A stretch of 64,000 bases of DNA from Patescibacteria group bacterium (GCA_018821245.1 JAHJMO010000026.1:15518-79517); one strand, 5' to 3'; positions 48,894 through 59,081 are shown, counted from the stretch's first letter. Translations and numbers: made by a program. Notes: generated by a model not told the origin, from the letters alone.

Positions 48894-49060
48894 ACTTTTT
48901 TTATACTAAACATGCTATAGCAAGTCAAGAATAAAATATTTTATTAACACAAAGCATGCGCCGCAGGGGAAAAGCATTATTTGTGAATTGTTGGCGAAAG
49001 GCAGAACTGATAGTATTGATAAGGGCATAAAGCAGGTAGCAAAATAAGAAAAAGCAAATC

Positions 49061-49834
49061 ATGAATAAATTAATTTTTTTAGGCACAGGAAACGCTGCGC
49101 ACCTTACGCGGCAGATGACGAGCTTGTGCATAGACACACCCAAAGGCGCTTTGCTTATCGACTGCGGGGACGGCATGGGAACAGTACGTCAGTTGGTGCG
49201 GGCAGGCGTAGATCTTGCGTCGGTAAACGACGTTTTTATCACTCACCGGCATGCCGATCACGTCATCGGTATGCCGCATTTTTTATTCCTTAAAATGCTT
49301 GATAAGTCTACCAGTGTACGCGTATGGGGACCTGATCAGGCGCTTCGGGTCGTCAAGCAGATATCGTTTCTCACTCACGACCTTCTCGTTATGAATAAAG
49401 AAAGAATTGCATTTTGCGTGGTATCACCCTGGAAGTCACGCGTTGTATCGAATGGTTGCAGGGTTACGGCGGCACCTGTGCGTCATATATCCGTAACGAC
49501 ATATGCGTTAAAAGTAGAAGTTGACGGGAAGAGTATCGTTTTTACATCCGACATGGGACCCAACGACAACATAGAGAGGCTTTCAAATGGTACAGACATT
49601 TTGATCCACGAGTGTTTTGGTTTATCCAAGGGTGAGGATCGGTTCCACGCCGGCCATAGCAGTGCAAAAGACGCCGGGGTTCTTGCGCAGAAAGCCGGAG
49701 TCAAACAACTTATTCTTACGCATTTTCCTGCGGGGGTTAATTTTGTCGAGCCCGAAGCCCTTGCGTCGGAAGCCCGACTGTATTTTAAGGGAGAGGTCCG
49801 TATAGCAAAAGATTTAATGGAATTGTGTATCTAG
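49061..49834 (+). CDS. MBL-fold metallo-hydrolase
   Basis: HRHADHVIG (HxHxDH) zinc motif plus downstream His/Asp ligands; 257 aa. Confidence 0.75.
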   Translation: MNKLIFLGTGNAAHLTRQMTSLCIDTPKGALLIDCGDGMGTVRQLVRAGVDLASVNDVFITHRHADHVIGMPHFLFLKMLDKSTSVRVWGPDQALRVVKQISFLTHDLLVMNKERIAFCVVSPWKSRVVSNGCRVTAAPVRHISVTTYALKVEVDGKSIVFTSDMGPNDNIERLSNGTDILIHECFGLSKGEDRFHAGHSSAKDAGVLAQKAGVKQLILTHFPAGVNFVEPEALASEARLYFKGEVRIAKDLMELCI

Positions 49835-49855
49835 CCACTCTCTGTCCTTTGTGCT

Positions 49856-50773
49856 ATGATCAAAATCGACATGAAATCGAAGCTCGGCTTTTTGCTTACG
49901 CTTATAGTATTGATAGGCCTGGGTTTTGCTGTTGTGCGCTTGATGAAGGGTAGATCTCCTAAAGAAGGTGAACTTCGAGTGGATAGCGCTCCAACCGTCA
50001 GTGTATTTTTGGACAATCAGCACCTAGGGAGGACGCCGTTTCGTAGTAAAGTGGCGGCCGGAGAACATACTGTTAAATTGGTTACCGACTCCGCTACCGC
50101 TCCGATTGCCGGTTGGCAGGGGAAGGTGGTCATAAGTACGAGCTTGTTGACATTCATCAATGCCAGTCTTGCCGAATCGGAATTTGCGTCCGCTGTCGAT
50201 ATTTTATGGCTGGAGAAAATATCCGGGAAGCATTCTGAATTGTCCGTCATCACCAATCCTGACGGAGCGACGGTGCACATAGATGATCAAACGAAAGGAT
50301 CAACCCCCCTGAATTTACAGGATATATCTGTGGGTGATCACAACATGACGGTTACCTCGCCGGGATTTGCTACACGAACGGTGAAGATAAAAACTGCTGC
50401 CGGGTATAAATTAATAGCCTCCCTCAAGCTTGCATTGTTTGACGGTATGACTGCGGAAGAAGCAACCGCTTCAGCCACGCCTTCCGCTCAAATCAAAGGA
50501 ACTCCAAAACCGACAGCAAAACAAGAAGCGTCACAGCGTCAGAACCCGCCACCCAAGCCATATGCGGTTATAAAGGAAACACCCATAGGATATTTGCGCG
50601 TACGCATGGAACCCACGACCGTTGCTACAATTGCCGGTCAGGTAAAACCCGGTGAACAATACACAATTCTGGAAACAAAAGAAGATGTTAAGGGAACCCC
50701 TTGGTACCAGGTTGTTTTCGATGGGACCAACAAAGGTTGGATTTCCAGCCAGTACGCGGAGAAAGTGGAGTAG
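49856..50773 (+). CDS. PEGA-domain protein with C-terminal bacterial SH3 domain
   Basis: N-terminal TM anchor; two PEGA-like repeats (VSVFLDNQHLGRTPF..GEHTVKL; ATVHIDDQTKGSTPLNL..GDHNMTV); C-terminal SH3b-like GYLRVRMEP...WYQVVFDGTNKGWISSQY. Confidence 0.6.
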   Translation: MIKIDMKSKLGFLLTLIVLIGLGFAVVRLMKGRSPKEGELRVDSAPTVSVFLDNQHLGRTPFRSKVAAGEHTVKLVTDSATAPIAGWQGKVVISTSLLTFINASLAESEFASAVDILWLEKISGKHSELSVITNPDGATVHIDDQTKGSTPLNLQDISVGDHNMTVTSPGFATRTVKIKTAAGYKLIASLKLALFDGMTAEEATASATPSAQIKGTPKPTAKQEASQRQNPPPKPYAVIKETPIGYLRVRMEPTTVATIAGQVKPGEQYTILETKEDVKGTPWYQVVFDGTNKGWISSQYAEKVE

Positions 50774-50776
50774 TAG

Positions 50777-51715
50777 TTAACCTCCAATGCCGTAGATGAC
50801 GATCAGCACCGTCAATCCCCAGAAAACAACTGTTGAAAGAAGCGGTAAGTCAGATGTGAGTATTTGTTCAGGCGACTCTCCTTTGCCTTCATAAATAAGC
50901 TGGAGATACCGCATGATGCCGTAAAGAACGAACGGGATTGTAATCATCATCCACTTACGCTCCGGAAAATCAGAGATAAAACCAGGATAGCTGCGCATAA
51001 GAAATCCACGACCGATCGGGCGCTCCAAGAAAGTATAGTACGCATAGGTAATAAACGTGGAGTTGGCAAACATAGCCGTGTATGTATCCAGAAGCTTTTC
51101 GGAATATCGGGAGAGACTTGCCCGCGTGTCTTTGGGGAGTATTCCTTGATATCCCTGAATAAGGGTAAGTTCTGCCCTTCGTTTCCCGATAGCCAGAAAG
51201 AGCGCCAAAGAAAGAGCTGCTAACGCAAGCCAGATAGAAATATGGTAACCGGTGGCCGCTTCTCCGGCATATACACGTATGACATAGCCGGTGGTGATAG
51301 AGAGGATGTCTACCACCGGGATGCGTTTAAGAATCAAAGAGTATGCATATTGAAGGAGAATAAAAACGGTCGCGATAAGAAAAAAAGGGTATCCCAATCG
51401 ATAACTTATAAACAAACCGATACACAACGCGGAGAATGAAACCATAAGCGCAATAGGTATCGGAAGCTTGCCGCTTGCCACGGGCCGGAAACGCTTAAAA
51501 GGATGCTTCCGGTCTGCCGGAGCATCCAACACGTCATTTGCGATATAGTTCGATGATGACAGAAGGCAAAAAGCGATGAATCCAAAGACGCTTATCGTAA
51601 GCAACCTGTGTTCAAGTAGTTGACCGGTGAAAAGGACAGTGGTAAACAACGCGAGATTTTTTAGCCACTGTTTTGGTCGTGCGGCTTTGATAATTGAGAA
51701 AAATAGCTCATCCAT
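50777..51715 (-). CDS. UbiA-family prenyltransferase (decaprenyl-phosphate phosphoribosyltransferase-like)
   Basis: RPKQWLKN...NDVLDAPADRKH (NDxxDxxxD) and second Asp-rich motif; 8-9 TM helices. ATG at 51715 overlaps the upstream GT4 gene by 55 nt. Confidence 0.7.
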   Translation of the reverse strand: MDELFFSIIKAARPKQWLKNLALFTTVLFTGQLLEHRLLTISVFGFIAFCLLSSSNYIANDVLDAPADRKHPFKRFRPVASGKLPIPIALMVSFSALCIGLFISYRLGYPFFLIATVFILLQYAYSLILKRIPVVDILSITTGYVIRVYAGEAATGYHISIWLALAALSLALFLAIGKRRAELTLIQGYQGILPKDTRASLSRYSEKLLDTYTAMFANSTFITYAYYTFLERPIGRGFLMRSYPGFISDFPERKWMMITIPFVLYGIMRYLQLIYEGKGESPEQILTSDLPLLSTVVFWGLTVLIVIYGIGG

Positions 51716-52752
51716 ATCAGAAATCCTCCGACAACAACTGCCAGAACTAGAAACGTAAACAATTTTTGTCTGCTGTTGACAGTGAGCGCTATCCAGCCCA
51801 GTATAGCCGACACGCTCCAGTAAAACAAGGCGATGCGGCGTTTCCCCCATCCGAGATCCAGAAGACGATGATGGAGATGCCCGCGATCAGCAAGCATCGG
51901 AGATTTATGACTTCCTAACCTGCGGAACAATGTGTATGCAGCATCGATCATGGGGACCCCCAACACAAGAAGAGCAGTGCCGAATTTCCCAAACGAAAGG
52001 ATTCCCAGAAGCGCCAAAAAAAATCCGGCAAGCGTCTTGCCTCCGTAACCGGGCATAATTTTCTGAGGATAGAAATTCCACGGCAAGAATCCTGCGTAGG
52101 CTCCACATACAATAAACGCCAACATACTTACCCATATCTGTTTGGGGTCACTGGCGACAAAACGGAGAGAGAGAAGGCCTAGGGCAAATGCGCTGATTGT
52201 TACAAATCCAGGCATTTGTCCATCAACCCCGGCGGACCATCCGACGATATTCATCGTCCACATGATCCAAATAAACGCCAGGATATCAGCCCATACGAGA
52301 ATCGAGTGCGAGCCAAAGAAGCTAAATGTTATACGCCATGAATCCAAAGGGAGTATGCCTCCGGTTAATGGGTTTGTTATATACGGTATGCCAGCTCCCG
52401 CACCGATGACAGTGAGTGCCGCAATGACATTTGTCGTAAGTCGTATATAAGGATTTATATCTTTTTTATCATCAGCGAGTCCGACGAGCATAAGGATAAC
52501 AGAGGCGATTATGATGCCAAACGTTAACTTTGATAGCGGAATATACAGAAGCATCGTTATTACAATACCGGCAAATAATGCAAGGCCGCCTGCGCGTGGA
52601 ATAACTCCTTTATGTGTGTGCGCCGGATGATACCGTTTTTTGGGGTCGTCAACGAGGTTGAGTTTATGAGCAAAACGCTTAACCAGGGCTGTAGAAAAAA
52701 ATGTAATGGCGGCTGCTATAATCAACGGTTCAAAAAAGACTATTGGAGTCAT
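51661..52752 (-). CDS. Polyprenyl-phosphate sugar-1-phosphate transferase (MraY/WecA/TagO, GT4 family)
   Basis: VDDPKKRYHPAHTHKGVIPRAGGLA, DD motif (GLADDKKDI), about 10 TM helices. Confidence 0.8.
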   Translation of the reverse strand: MTPIVFFEPLIIAAAITFFSTALVKRFAHKLNLVDDPKKRYHPAHTHKGVIPRAGGLALFAGIVITMLLYIPLSKLTFGIIIASVILMLVGLADDKKDINPYIRLTTNVIAALTVIGAGAGIPYITNPLTGGILPLDSWRITFSFFGSHSILVWADILAFIWIMWTMNIVGWSAGVDGQMPGFVTISAFALGLLSLRFVASDPKQIWVSMLAFIVCGAYAGFLPWNFYPQKIMPGYGGKTLAGFFLALLGILSFGKFGTALLVLGVPMIDAAYTLFRRLGSHKSPMLADRGHLHHRLLDLGWGKRRIALFYWSVSAILGWIALTVNSRQKLFTFLVLAVVVGGFLIWMSYFSQLSKPHDQNSG

Positions 52753-52754
52753 AG

Positions 52755-53144
52755 TTAAGTGACAATGAATAAAATATTTATCAACGTCGCCAGAGTCATG
52801 ATATTTACGAGTATCGACGTAAGCTGAAGCACTTTGGTGAATGTGGGGTGATCTTGTGTTATTGTCGTTGCTGCACCAACATTGGTTAGATAGATACAAA
52901 GACTTGAAAATGGAAGTAAAAAGAGCCACCCCGGATGAGCAAGCTGTTCCTCTCCCCATGGGCGGCTGTACCATAGCGGCACGGCAGGCGGGAGCAATTG
53001 CCAGGAAGATACAATTGCCGCGCAGGAAATGATGAAGCCCGTGACAGAAGTAATGGTAGCAATTTTACCGATCCATCCGCTATGGAATTGTCGTAAAACA
53101 CCAGACACGAGTACGCGTGAAGGAAATTTTGGCGCTATGGTCAT
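52755..53144 (-). CDS. Small hypothetical membrane protein
   Basis: 129 aa, 3-4 TM helices, embedded in the glycosyltransferase operon. Confidence 0.4.
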   Translation of the reverse strand: MTIAPKFPSRVLVSGVLRQFHSGWIGKIATITSVTGFIISCAAIVSSWQLLPPAVPLWYSRPWGEEQLAHPGWLFLLPFSSLCIYLTNVGAATTITQDHPTFTKVLQLTSILVNIMTLATLINILFIVT

Positions 53145-53153
53145 AGGTTTTTG

Positions 53154-54515
53154 TTATTGTGCGAGCGGTATAGCAGCATCCAGTTTATATACAATTTCAA
53201 ATGTTCCGTCCTCTTGGACAAGGAAAGCACGCATAGGGTATGGAGGGAAATCGTTGACTAATTGATCGGAAGACACTATGGCATCTCCTACGTACCATGG
53301 AAATGGCGAACCATGCGGATTGTAGAGGTATACGCGATCGCCGGTAAGTGAAGATCCGGGAGGGCGTACGCTGTAATATATAGACTCGAAAAAGATAAGC
53401 GGACTTGCGGCGAGAATGACATCATCGTCTTTATAGAGAACCAGTATCTGTTCGAAGGTATTTCGGATAGGAAGTTTGGGGTGGTGAGCTGGATACCACA
53501 GGCTAAAAGCTATGACGAAGATTGTCATCACCGATGCCAACGCTGCTCGGAATTTTTCCCTCTTCACGCTGCCGATGGCAAATATCACGACGAAGACTTC
53601 ACTTATAGAGACGGGTATAAGGTAACGGTTGACAAACATGGGCTTAACAAACGAGATGCCCACAATAACGGCAAGAGGAACAAAAATCATCCAAAGAAAA
53701 AACAGGACGAGCCGCCGGTTTTTTTTCTTCCGAAGTGCAAGAACGAAAAAGCTTATTAATATTAGCGATAGCCATGCCGTATATTTCCATCCATACCATG
53801 GGGTTCCCTCATAACCCAGGAACATATTTCCGAGGACTGACTTAATAAGCTGGAAATTTACCGGGAAAAACCAGGATTGTCTAAGCCGCGATAGTTCTCT
53901 GATGATTTTGATAAGCCAAGGAGCGATGAACAGGCCTATTGCGGCAAAAGACAGGACGTGCGGATCGCGACATATTGTGCTTATGCTTTTACGCTTTTTG
54001 GCAGAAATAACCTCCGTAGTCATCCAGTGCAACGCTTGAGCAAAGAGGAATACTGTGAAGTAGATATGGGTGTAGCATCCGAGAGTTGACCATATGACGT
54101 ACCAAACCCAGCGCTTTTTGCAATAGGCATACATTGATGCGGTTGCAAAAAATATATACCAACCATATGCCCGTACCTCAAAAGCATAGTAGAGAAGCAT
54201 GGGGTTTGTGAAGAAGAAAAGAGGCATGAACCACGAAAGCCAATGTTTTTTGAACAATTGTTCTGCCCAAACAATGACGATGAGTGTGGCAAGCGCAAAC
54301 CCCAAAAGAGATAAACTTCTGGCAGCGACTTCACCCGTGCCAAACACTTTGAGCCAGAAGTGCAAGAGCGCATAGTAGACAGGCGGTTCAAACCCGAGGT
54401 TTTTTACGATAAACGGAAGCGATCGCTGTGCCGTAAGGATAGAAAACGCTTCATCACGCCAAAGAGACTGGGTTAAATACAATAAAGGGCTGTGGTTTAA
54501 TAAAAAATTAAACAT
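53154..54515 (-). CDS. GT-C fold membrane glycosyltransferase (ArnT/PMT-like)
   Basis: N-terminal loop motif RDEAF after the first TM, about 11 TM helices, same family architecture as the 10136-11749 gene. Confidence 0.65.
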   Translation of the reverse strand: MFNFLLNHSPLLYLTQSLWRDEAFSILTAQRSLPFIVKNLGFEPPVYYALLHFWLKVFGTGEVAARSLSLLGFALATLIVIVWAEQLFKKHWLSWFMPLFFFTNPMLLYYAFEVRAYGWYIFFATASMYAYCKKRWVWYVIWSTLGCYTHIYFTVFLFAQALHWMTTEVISAKKRKSISTICRDPHVLSFAAIGLFIAPWLIKIIRELSRLRQSWFFPVNFQLIKSVLGNMFLGYEGTPWYGWKYTAWLSLILISFFVLALRKKKNRRLVLFFLWMIFVPLAVIVGISFVKPMFVNRYLIPVSISEVFVVIFAIGSVKREKFRAALASVMTIFVIAFSLWYPAHHPKLPIRNTFEQILVLYKDDDVILAASPLIFFESIYYSVRPPGSSLTGDRVYLYNPHGSPFPWYVGDAIVSSDQLVNDFPPYPMRAFLVQEDGTFEIVYKLDAAIPLAQ

Positions 54516-54535
54516 TTTTTAAGCACCTATCTCTA

Positions 54536-56017
54536 TTATATCTTTTCCGTAACCCGATATTCCAGACGTTTGCCCAGAAGCAGTCGGGTATGTGCATCAA
54601 GTCCCGGGAGAGCAGAAAGAAAGAAAGAAATGACCGGTAACGTGATCCATTGCAAATACAGGAGCGGTAGCTTCCAGCGTGGGTAATTCTGTGGCCGTGG
54701 CGGTTTGATGCGCCAGTCGATCATAAATACGACAATAAGAAAGATAGTAGAAAGCGTAAGTATGCTCGAAGAAATCCTGGCCAGATTATGCCCCAGGACT
54801 GTCCGGCCGAAAAGCGGATTGATCAAAGGCGGGATGGTGCTTCCGATAGTCAAAAGAAACCAATTAGCCGGCCAGAAAATATGATGCTCCATCAGAATCA
54901 ATAAGCGCTTGACCCGGTCAATCAATGAAATTTCCGTATGAAGCACGGCACCTCTGATGACATATGGTATATCCGCCACTCCCCAAGCCCAACGTTTCGC
55001 CTGTTCGTATTGGTTGATAAATGTAGGGAAAAACCCACGGCTTTCTGCTGCATCGACTAATATGGGAAGAAAAATCGGCTCGACGTGCACCTTATCACCA
55101 AGTTCAAAATATATTTTGAAGAACATATGATAATCTTCGGGAATGACATCGACAGACCAAAAACCTACCTTGGCAGCAGTAGCGTATGGTAAAGAATAGG
55201 TAGAAAAGTTTATTAACCTGTTTTTTTGAGAAAGAATAGCCAGATTCCAAATGCTATTTAATGTGTTAAGAAACCTGTTAGGGAGGGGGATGCGCCAGAT
55301 ATTATTGTGGAAAAGTATAGCACCCTGCCAAAGGTGAAATTTCCGATTCGGATCTGTCAAAAACTTATAGGAAAGACAAGAAAAATATTTCGGGTGCAGA
55401 AGGGCATCAGCGTCACATGACGTGACGGTGGTAAAATTAATCGGAATCTTTTTCTTCTGAAGATACCCGACAATGCTTTTTGCGGCATGAGCCATATTGG
55501 AAGATTTGCCTGCGATTTCTCCGTAATGAAGGACATGTCTGGTAATCAGGAAATGTCCAAAGCCCGCGCCGAAATCGCTCTTTAGTTGTCCGGCTACTTT
55601 TCTGGCGTTACTGTCTTTGTCCTCGGTAGCCAATACGATGATAAGTCGTTCTTTAGGAAAATCCTGGTGAGCAAGATTTTCCAGTGTGCGACGGAGTATG
55701 TGGATCGGTTCCTTGTACTCCGGAATAATGACGATATGATGGAGTTTCCCCCAATTGGGCAAAACTTGAGCGAGCTTTTTCCAGTCGACAGCGGTGTGGG
55801 CGGTAAGATTCACAAATGATCGAAGAGAGTGGACAACAAGGGCTAGTGATTTGTAGAACCAATAGACGTCAAAGGTAATAATTACATATGCTACCATCGC
55901 AGGGTGCCAGAAAGACAGCCAAAAAGGAAGGGTAATCAACATCCATGAGGAGGACGGCACTAATATCTCCAATGCCCGGCGGGTCTTATTTGGATACAAT
56001 TTGAATAATCGGCGCAT
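54536..56017 (-). CDS. Processive GT2 family glycosyltransferase (cellulose-synthase-like)
   Basis: DAD-type motif (SCDADALL), Q-x-x-RW motif (YEQAKRWAWG), flanking TM helices. Confidence 0.7.
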   Translation of the reverse strand: MRRLFKLYPNKTRRALEILVPSSSWMLITLPFWLSFWHPAMVAYVIITFDVYWFYKSLALVVHSLRSFVNLTAHTAVDWKKLAQVLPNWGKLHHIVIIPEYKEPIHILRRTLENLAHQDFPKERLIIVLATEDKDSNARKVAGQLKSDFGAGFGHFLITRHVLHYGEIAGKSSNMAHAAKSIVGYLQKKKIPINFTTVTSCDADALLHPKYFSCLSYKFLTDPNRKFHLWQGAILFHNNIWRIPLPNRFLNTLNSIWNLAILSQKNRLINFSTYSLPYATAAKVGFWSVDVIPEDYHMFFKIYFELGDKVHVEPIFLPILVDAAESRGFFPTFINQYEQAKRWAWGVADIPYVIRGAVLHTEISLIDRVKRLLILMEHHIFWPANWFLLTIGSTIPPLINPLFGRTVLGHNLARISSSILTLSTIFLIVVFMIDWRIKPPRPQNYPRWKLPLLYLQWITLPVISFFLSALPGLDAHTRLLLGKRLEYRVTEKI

Positions 56018-56054
56018 AACAGCAGTCTAATTATAACACGAGGAATAAGAATTG

Positions 56055-56750
56055 TTAGCGGATGTCAGGAAATCCGATTTTATCCGCCCGTCGGAACAAA
56101 AAATAATAAGTAAATGCCTTAAATATCCGCCAGAGAAGCACCGGGCCTTCATTGCCCCGCCGTCCCGAGCTTAAGACAACGAGATCTTGTCGAAAAATAA
56201 CGTTCCCTTGGGACTTTAATCTCCTCATCATTTCCAGATCTTCGGCAATCTTAAATTCCGGGGGGAATCCGCCAACCGCCCTGCCCGCGTCAGTTTTAAA
56301 AGCCATGTTTTGTCCGGCGGCCATCAGGATACCAAGCCAGTAAAGAATCTGATTAGCAATCTGCTGGATGGTGTTAACCCAAAACCGATACACCCACCAG
56401 CCGGAAGGTACGCGAAAAGTACCAAAAACCCCTACGACACCCGGGCTGCTCAAGGTTGTATGGATTTTAGTCAGCCAATCGGCAGGTACGACAGTATCAG
56501 CATCGGTGTAAGCGGTAATCTCGCTTTTGACGATTTCAAGCCCCTTTTGCCGGGCAAAACCGATTCCACGATGGGGGACCCGAAGAACTTTAGCACCCAT
56601 TTTCCCGGCGATCTCAGCGGTTTTATCTGTGGACATTCCGTCGACAACGATAATTTCGCTTGGTGGAGTGTCTAATTTTTGCAGCGATCTGAGCGTAGTC
56701 GGCAAATATTTTTCTTCGTTAAATGTTGGAATGACGACAGAGATGGTCAT
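56055..56750 (-). CDS. GT2 glycosyltransferase (dolichyl/polyprenyl-phosphate sugar synthase-like)
   Basis: MTISVVIPTFNEEKYL, VVDGMSTD, YTDADTV (DxD); 231 aa GT-A fold. Confidence 0.8.
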   Translation of the reverse strand: MTISVVIPTFNEEKYLPTTLRSLQKLDTPPSEIIVVDGMSTDKTAEIAGKMGAKVLRVPHRGIGFARQKGLEIVKSEITAYTDADTVVPADWLTKIHTTLSSPGVVGVFGTFRVPSGWWVYRFWVNTIQQIANQILYWLGILMAAGQNMAFKTDAGRAVGGFPPEFKIAEDLEMMRRLKSQGNVIFRQDLVVLSSGRRGNEGPVLLWRIFKAFTYYFLFRRADKIGFPDIR

Positions 56751-56762
56751 ATTTTAAAAATA

Positions 56763-56788
56763 GAGATACTAAGATATTAGGATACTAG
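56763..56788 (+). repeat. Tandem 8-mer array RGATAYTA x3, intergenic between GT2 and tatD
   Basis: agatacta agatatta ggatacta gg. Confidence 0.55.
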
Positions 56789-56798
56789 GAAAAGAACA

Positions 56799-57584
56799 TT
56801 AAGGCAACCCAAAAAGCGCACGGGCATTACGCATGACTGTTTCCTCAATTGTTTTAACCGGAATATTTTTTAGTTCTGCAGCGCGTCTGGCTATAAGAGG
56901 GATATACTTCGGTTCGTTGCGGGAGCCGCGGTGGGGAACAGGGGTAAGGTACGGTGCGTCTGTTTCCAAAAGTAACATTTCTAAAGGAATGTGGGGAACA
57001 ATCATCTGAAGTTGTTTAGAATATGTAACATTACCGTCAATACCCACATACATCCCGTATTCCTTAATCATTCTCAGATCCTGTAACCCGCCGGAAAAAC
57101 AATGGAAAACGCCGGCCGGCATTTTCGGCAGGTTATCCAGAACATGAAAGCAGTCCGCAAAAGCTTCGCGGCAGTGGATAATCACTGGCAGATTATGTTT
57201 AAGCGCCAACAAAAGCTGTTCTTCAAACAATATTTTTTGTACATCTTTCCTGCCCGCTGCTAACTCACCTTTATACATGTGATAATCAAGCCCGCATTCG
57301 CCGATGGCGATAATAGTTCTTGGTTCATAGTTATTAGTTCTGAGAAAAGATTCTAGTTTGCTTATGTCAGGTTCATGAACTGCTTCATAAGGGTGGAAGC
57401 CGACCGCGGCATAAACTACGCCGGGATATTTTTGGGACAGCTCGATTGCGGTTTTAGAGAAGTAGAGATCACAGCCCGGGTTAATGAATTTTTTGACCCC
57501 GGCTTTTTTGGCGTTGCCGATGACCATTGCCCGGTCTTGGTCATATTCCTTGAAGTTGAGGTGGCAGTGAGTATCGATGTACAT
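56799..57584 (-). CDS. tatD: TatD-family metal-dependent deoxyribonuclease
   Basis: MYIDTHCHLNF N-terminus and conserved His/Glu/Asp metal ligands across 261 aa. Confidence 0.9.
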   Translation of the reverse strand: MYIDTHCHLNFKEYDQDRAMVIGNAKKAGVKKFINPGCDLYFSKTAIELSQKYPGVVYAAVGFHPYEAVHEPDISKLESFLRTNNYEPRTIIAIGECGLDYHMYKGELAAGRKDVQKILFEEQLLLALKHNLPVIIHCREAFADCFHVLDNLPKMPAGVFHCFSGGLQDLRMIKEYGMYVGIDGNVTYSKQLQMIVPHIPLEMLLLETDAPYLTPVPHRGSRNEPKYIPLIARRAAELKNIPVKTIEETVMRNARALFGLP

Positions 57585-57587
57585 ACA

Positions 57588-57614
57588 ATGCTAAATGATA
57601 AATGACCAATACTA
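57588..57614 (+). repeat. Tandem heptamer-like array (TAAATGA/CTAAATA), filling the tatD-metG intergenic gap
   Basis: ctaaatga taaatgac caatac taaata; occupies almost the whole 34-nt spacer. Confidence 0.5.
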
Positions 57615-57618
57615 AATA

Positions 57619-59058
57619 TTATACTATTCTTGGGAATAGTGGTTGTTCAGACTTGATGGTCGGTCCGCCGAATTGTTTTAAAATAATTTCAGCAGTTTTT
57701 GGAAGAAAGGGTTGTGATTGAGTAGCAATAGTTCGAATGTTTTGTATTGCCTGTTCAAGAATCTTCTGAAGCGCGGTTCCTGATAGAGTCCATGGCTTTT
57801 TATCGTTGATATATTGATCCGTTGTTTTTATCGTATCCCAAACACACGCAATCGCATCATGGAGCCGAAATTCCTCGATAGCTTTTTTATAATTTCCTAT
57901 GTATACATCTTTGTATTTAGCATTTATCATTGGCCATTTAGCATTGCTTGCCAGCTTTGCTGTGCGGGCAATGACGTTGCCCAAGCCGTTGGCAAGATCT
58001 GCGTTATAGAGTTCCTTAAACCGCCGTTCGGAAAAGTCGCCGTCGGCAAAAGGCGGAATTTCGCGAAGTAAGTAATATCGCAGAGCATCGCTTCCGTATT
58101 TTTCAATCATAACAGATGGGTCAATGATGTTGCCGATAGTTTTGCTCATTTTTTGTCCGTTGACGGTAAAGTAACCGTGGACAAAAAGAGTTTTAGGAAG
58201 AGACAGTTTTGCTGAGAGTAAAAAAGCCGGCCAGTAGACGGCGTGGAAGCGGATAATGCCTTTGCCGATCACATGGACATCCGCCGGCCACCATTTATGA
58301 TACGTTTTTTCGTCCCACCCAAAACCAATTCCCGATTGGTAGATATTTAAAGCGTCAAACCAAACGTAGATTCGTTGCGTAGCATCTCCCGGTACCGGCA
58401 CACCCCAATTTTTTGCCCTGGCATTCGTGCGGGAAATACTAATGTCATGAAGCGGTTGTTTAAGGAATGATAATACTTCGTTTTTTCGGAAATCCGGGAC
58501 GATTTTTAAAGTATCGGAAGAAATGAGGTCAATCAGCTGTGTTTGGTATTTGGATAATTTGAAAAAATAATTTTCTTCGCTGACTTTGTCGAGTTTCTTG
58601 CCGGGATGCTCAGAGCATTCGCCGTTTGAATCCAGTTCATCCGGGGTATAAAAAGCCTCGCAACCCAAACAGTACAGTCCTTCATACGGCTTTTTGTAGA
58701 TGTCGCCATTTCTGGCGCAAAGCTCCCAAAGTTTTTGGCTGGAAGGGAAATGGTGAATTTGGTCGCTGCCTTTTTGGAAAATATCGAACTGTACATTAAG
58801 CGACTGGGCTAATTTTTGGAAGAGTTGGGAATAGACGTCAATGAATTGTTTCACCGGCACGCCGGCTTTTTCTGCCGCCTGCACGTTTTTGAGTGCGTTT
58901 TCGTCTCCGCCGGACAGCAAACACACTTCGTCACCAAGCAAGCGCCGGTAACGCGCTATCACATCCGCCTGAACGAACTCAAGAGCGTGCCCCACGTGCG
59001 GAGCGGCGTTGGTGTAGGGAATCGCGGTGGTGAGATAGAACTTTGCCATGAGCTCCAT
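57619..59058 (-). CDS. metG: Methionine--tRNA ligase (short form)
   Basis: TTAIPYTNAAPHVGHA (HIGH), KMSKT motif (GQKMSKTIGN); class I fold; no C-terminal dimerisation domain. Confidence 0.9.
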   Translation of the reverse strand: MELMAKFYLTTAIPYTNAAPHVGHALEFVQADVIARYRRLLGDEVCLLSGGDENALKNVQAAEKAGVPVKQFIDVYSQLFQKLAQSLNVQFDIFQKGSDQIHHFPSSQKLWELCARNGDIYKKPYEGLYCLGCEAFYTPDELDSNGECSEHPGKKLDKVSEENYFFKLSKYQTQLIDLISSDTLKIVPDFRKNEVLSFLKQPLHDISISRTNARAKNWGVPVPGDATQRIYVWFDALNIYQSGIGFGWDEKTYHKWWPADVHVIGKGIIRFHAVYWPAFLLSAKLSLPKTLFVHGYFTVNGQKMSKTIGNIIDPSVMIEKYGSDALRYYLLREIPPFADGDFSERRFKELYNADLANGLGNVIARTAKLASNAKWPMINAKYKDVYIGNYKKAIEEFRLHDAIACVWDTIKTTDQYINDKKPWTLSGTALQKILEQAIQNIRTIATQSQPFLPKTAEIILKQFGGPTIKSEQPLFPRIV

Positions 59059-59081
59059 TGTACAGATATGGCGTGGGTTCT

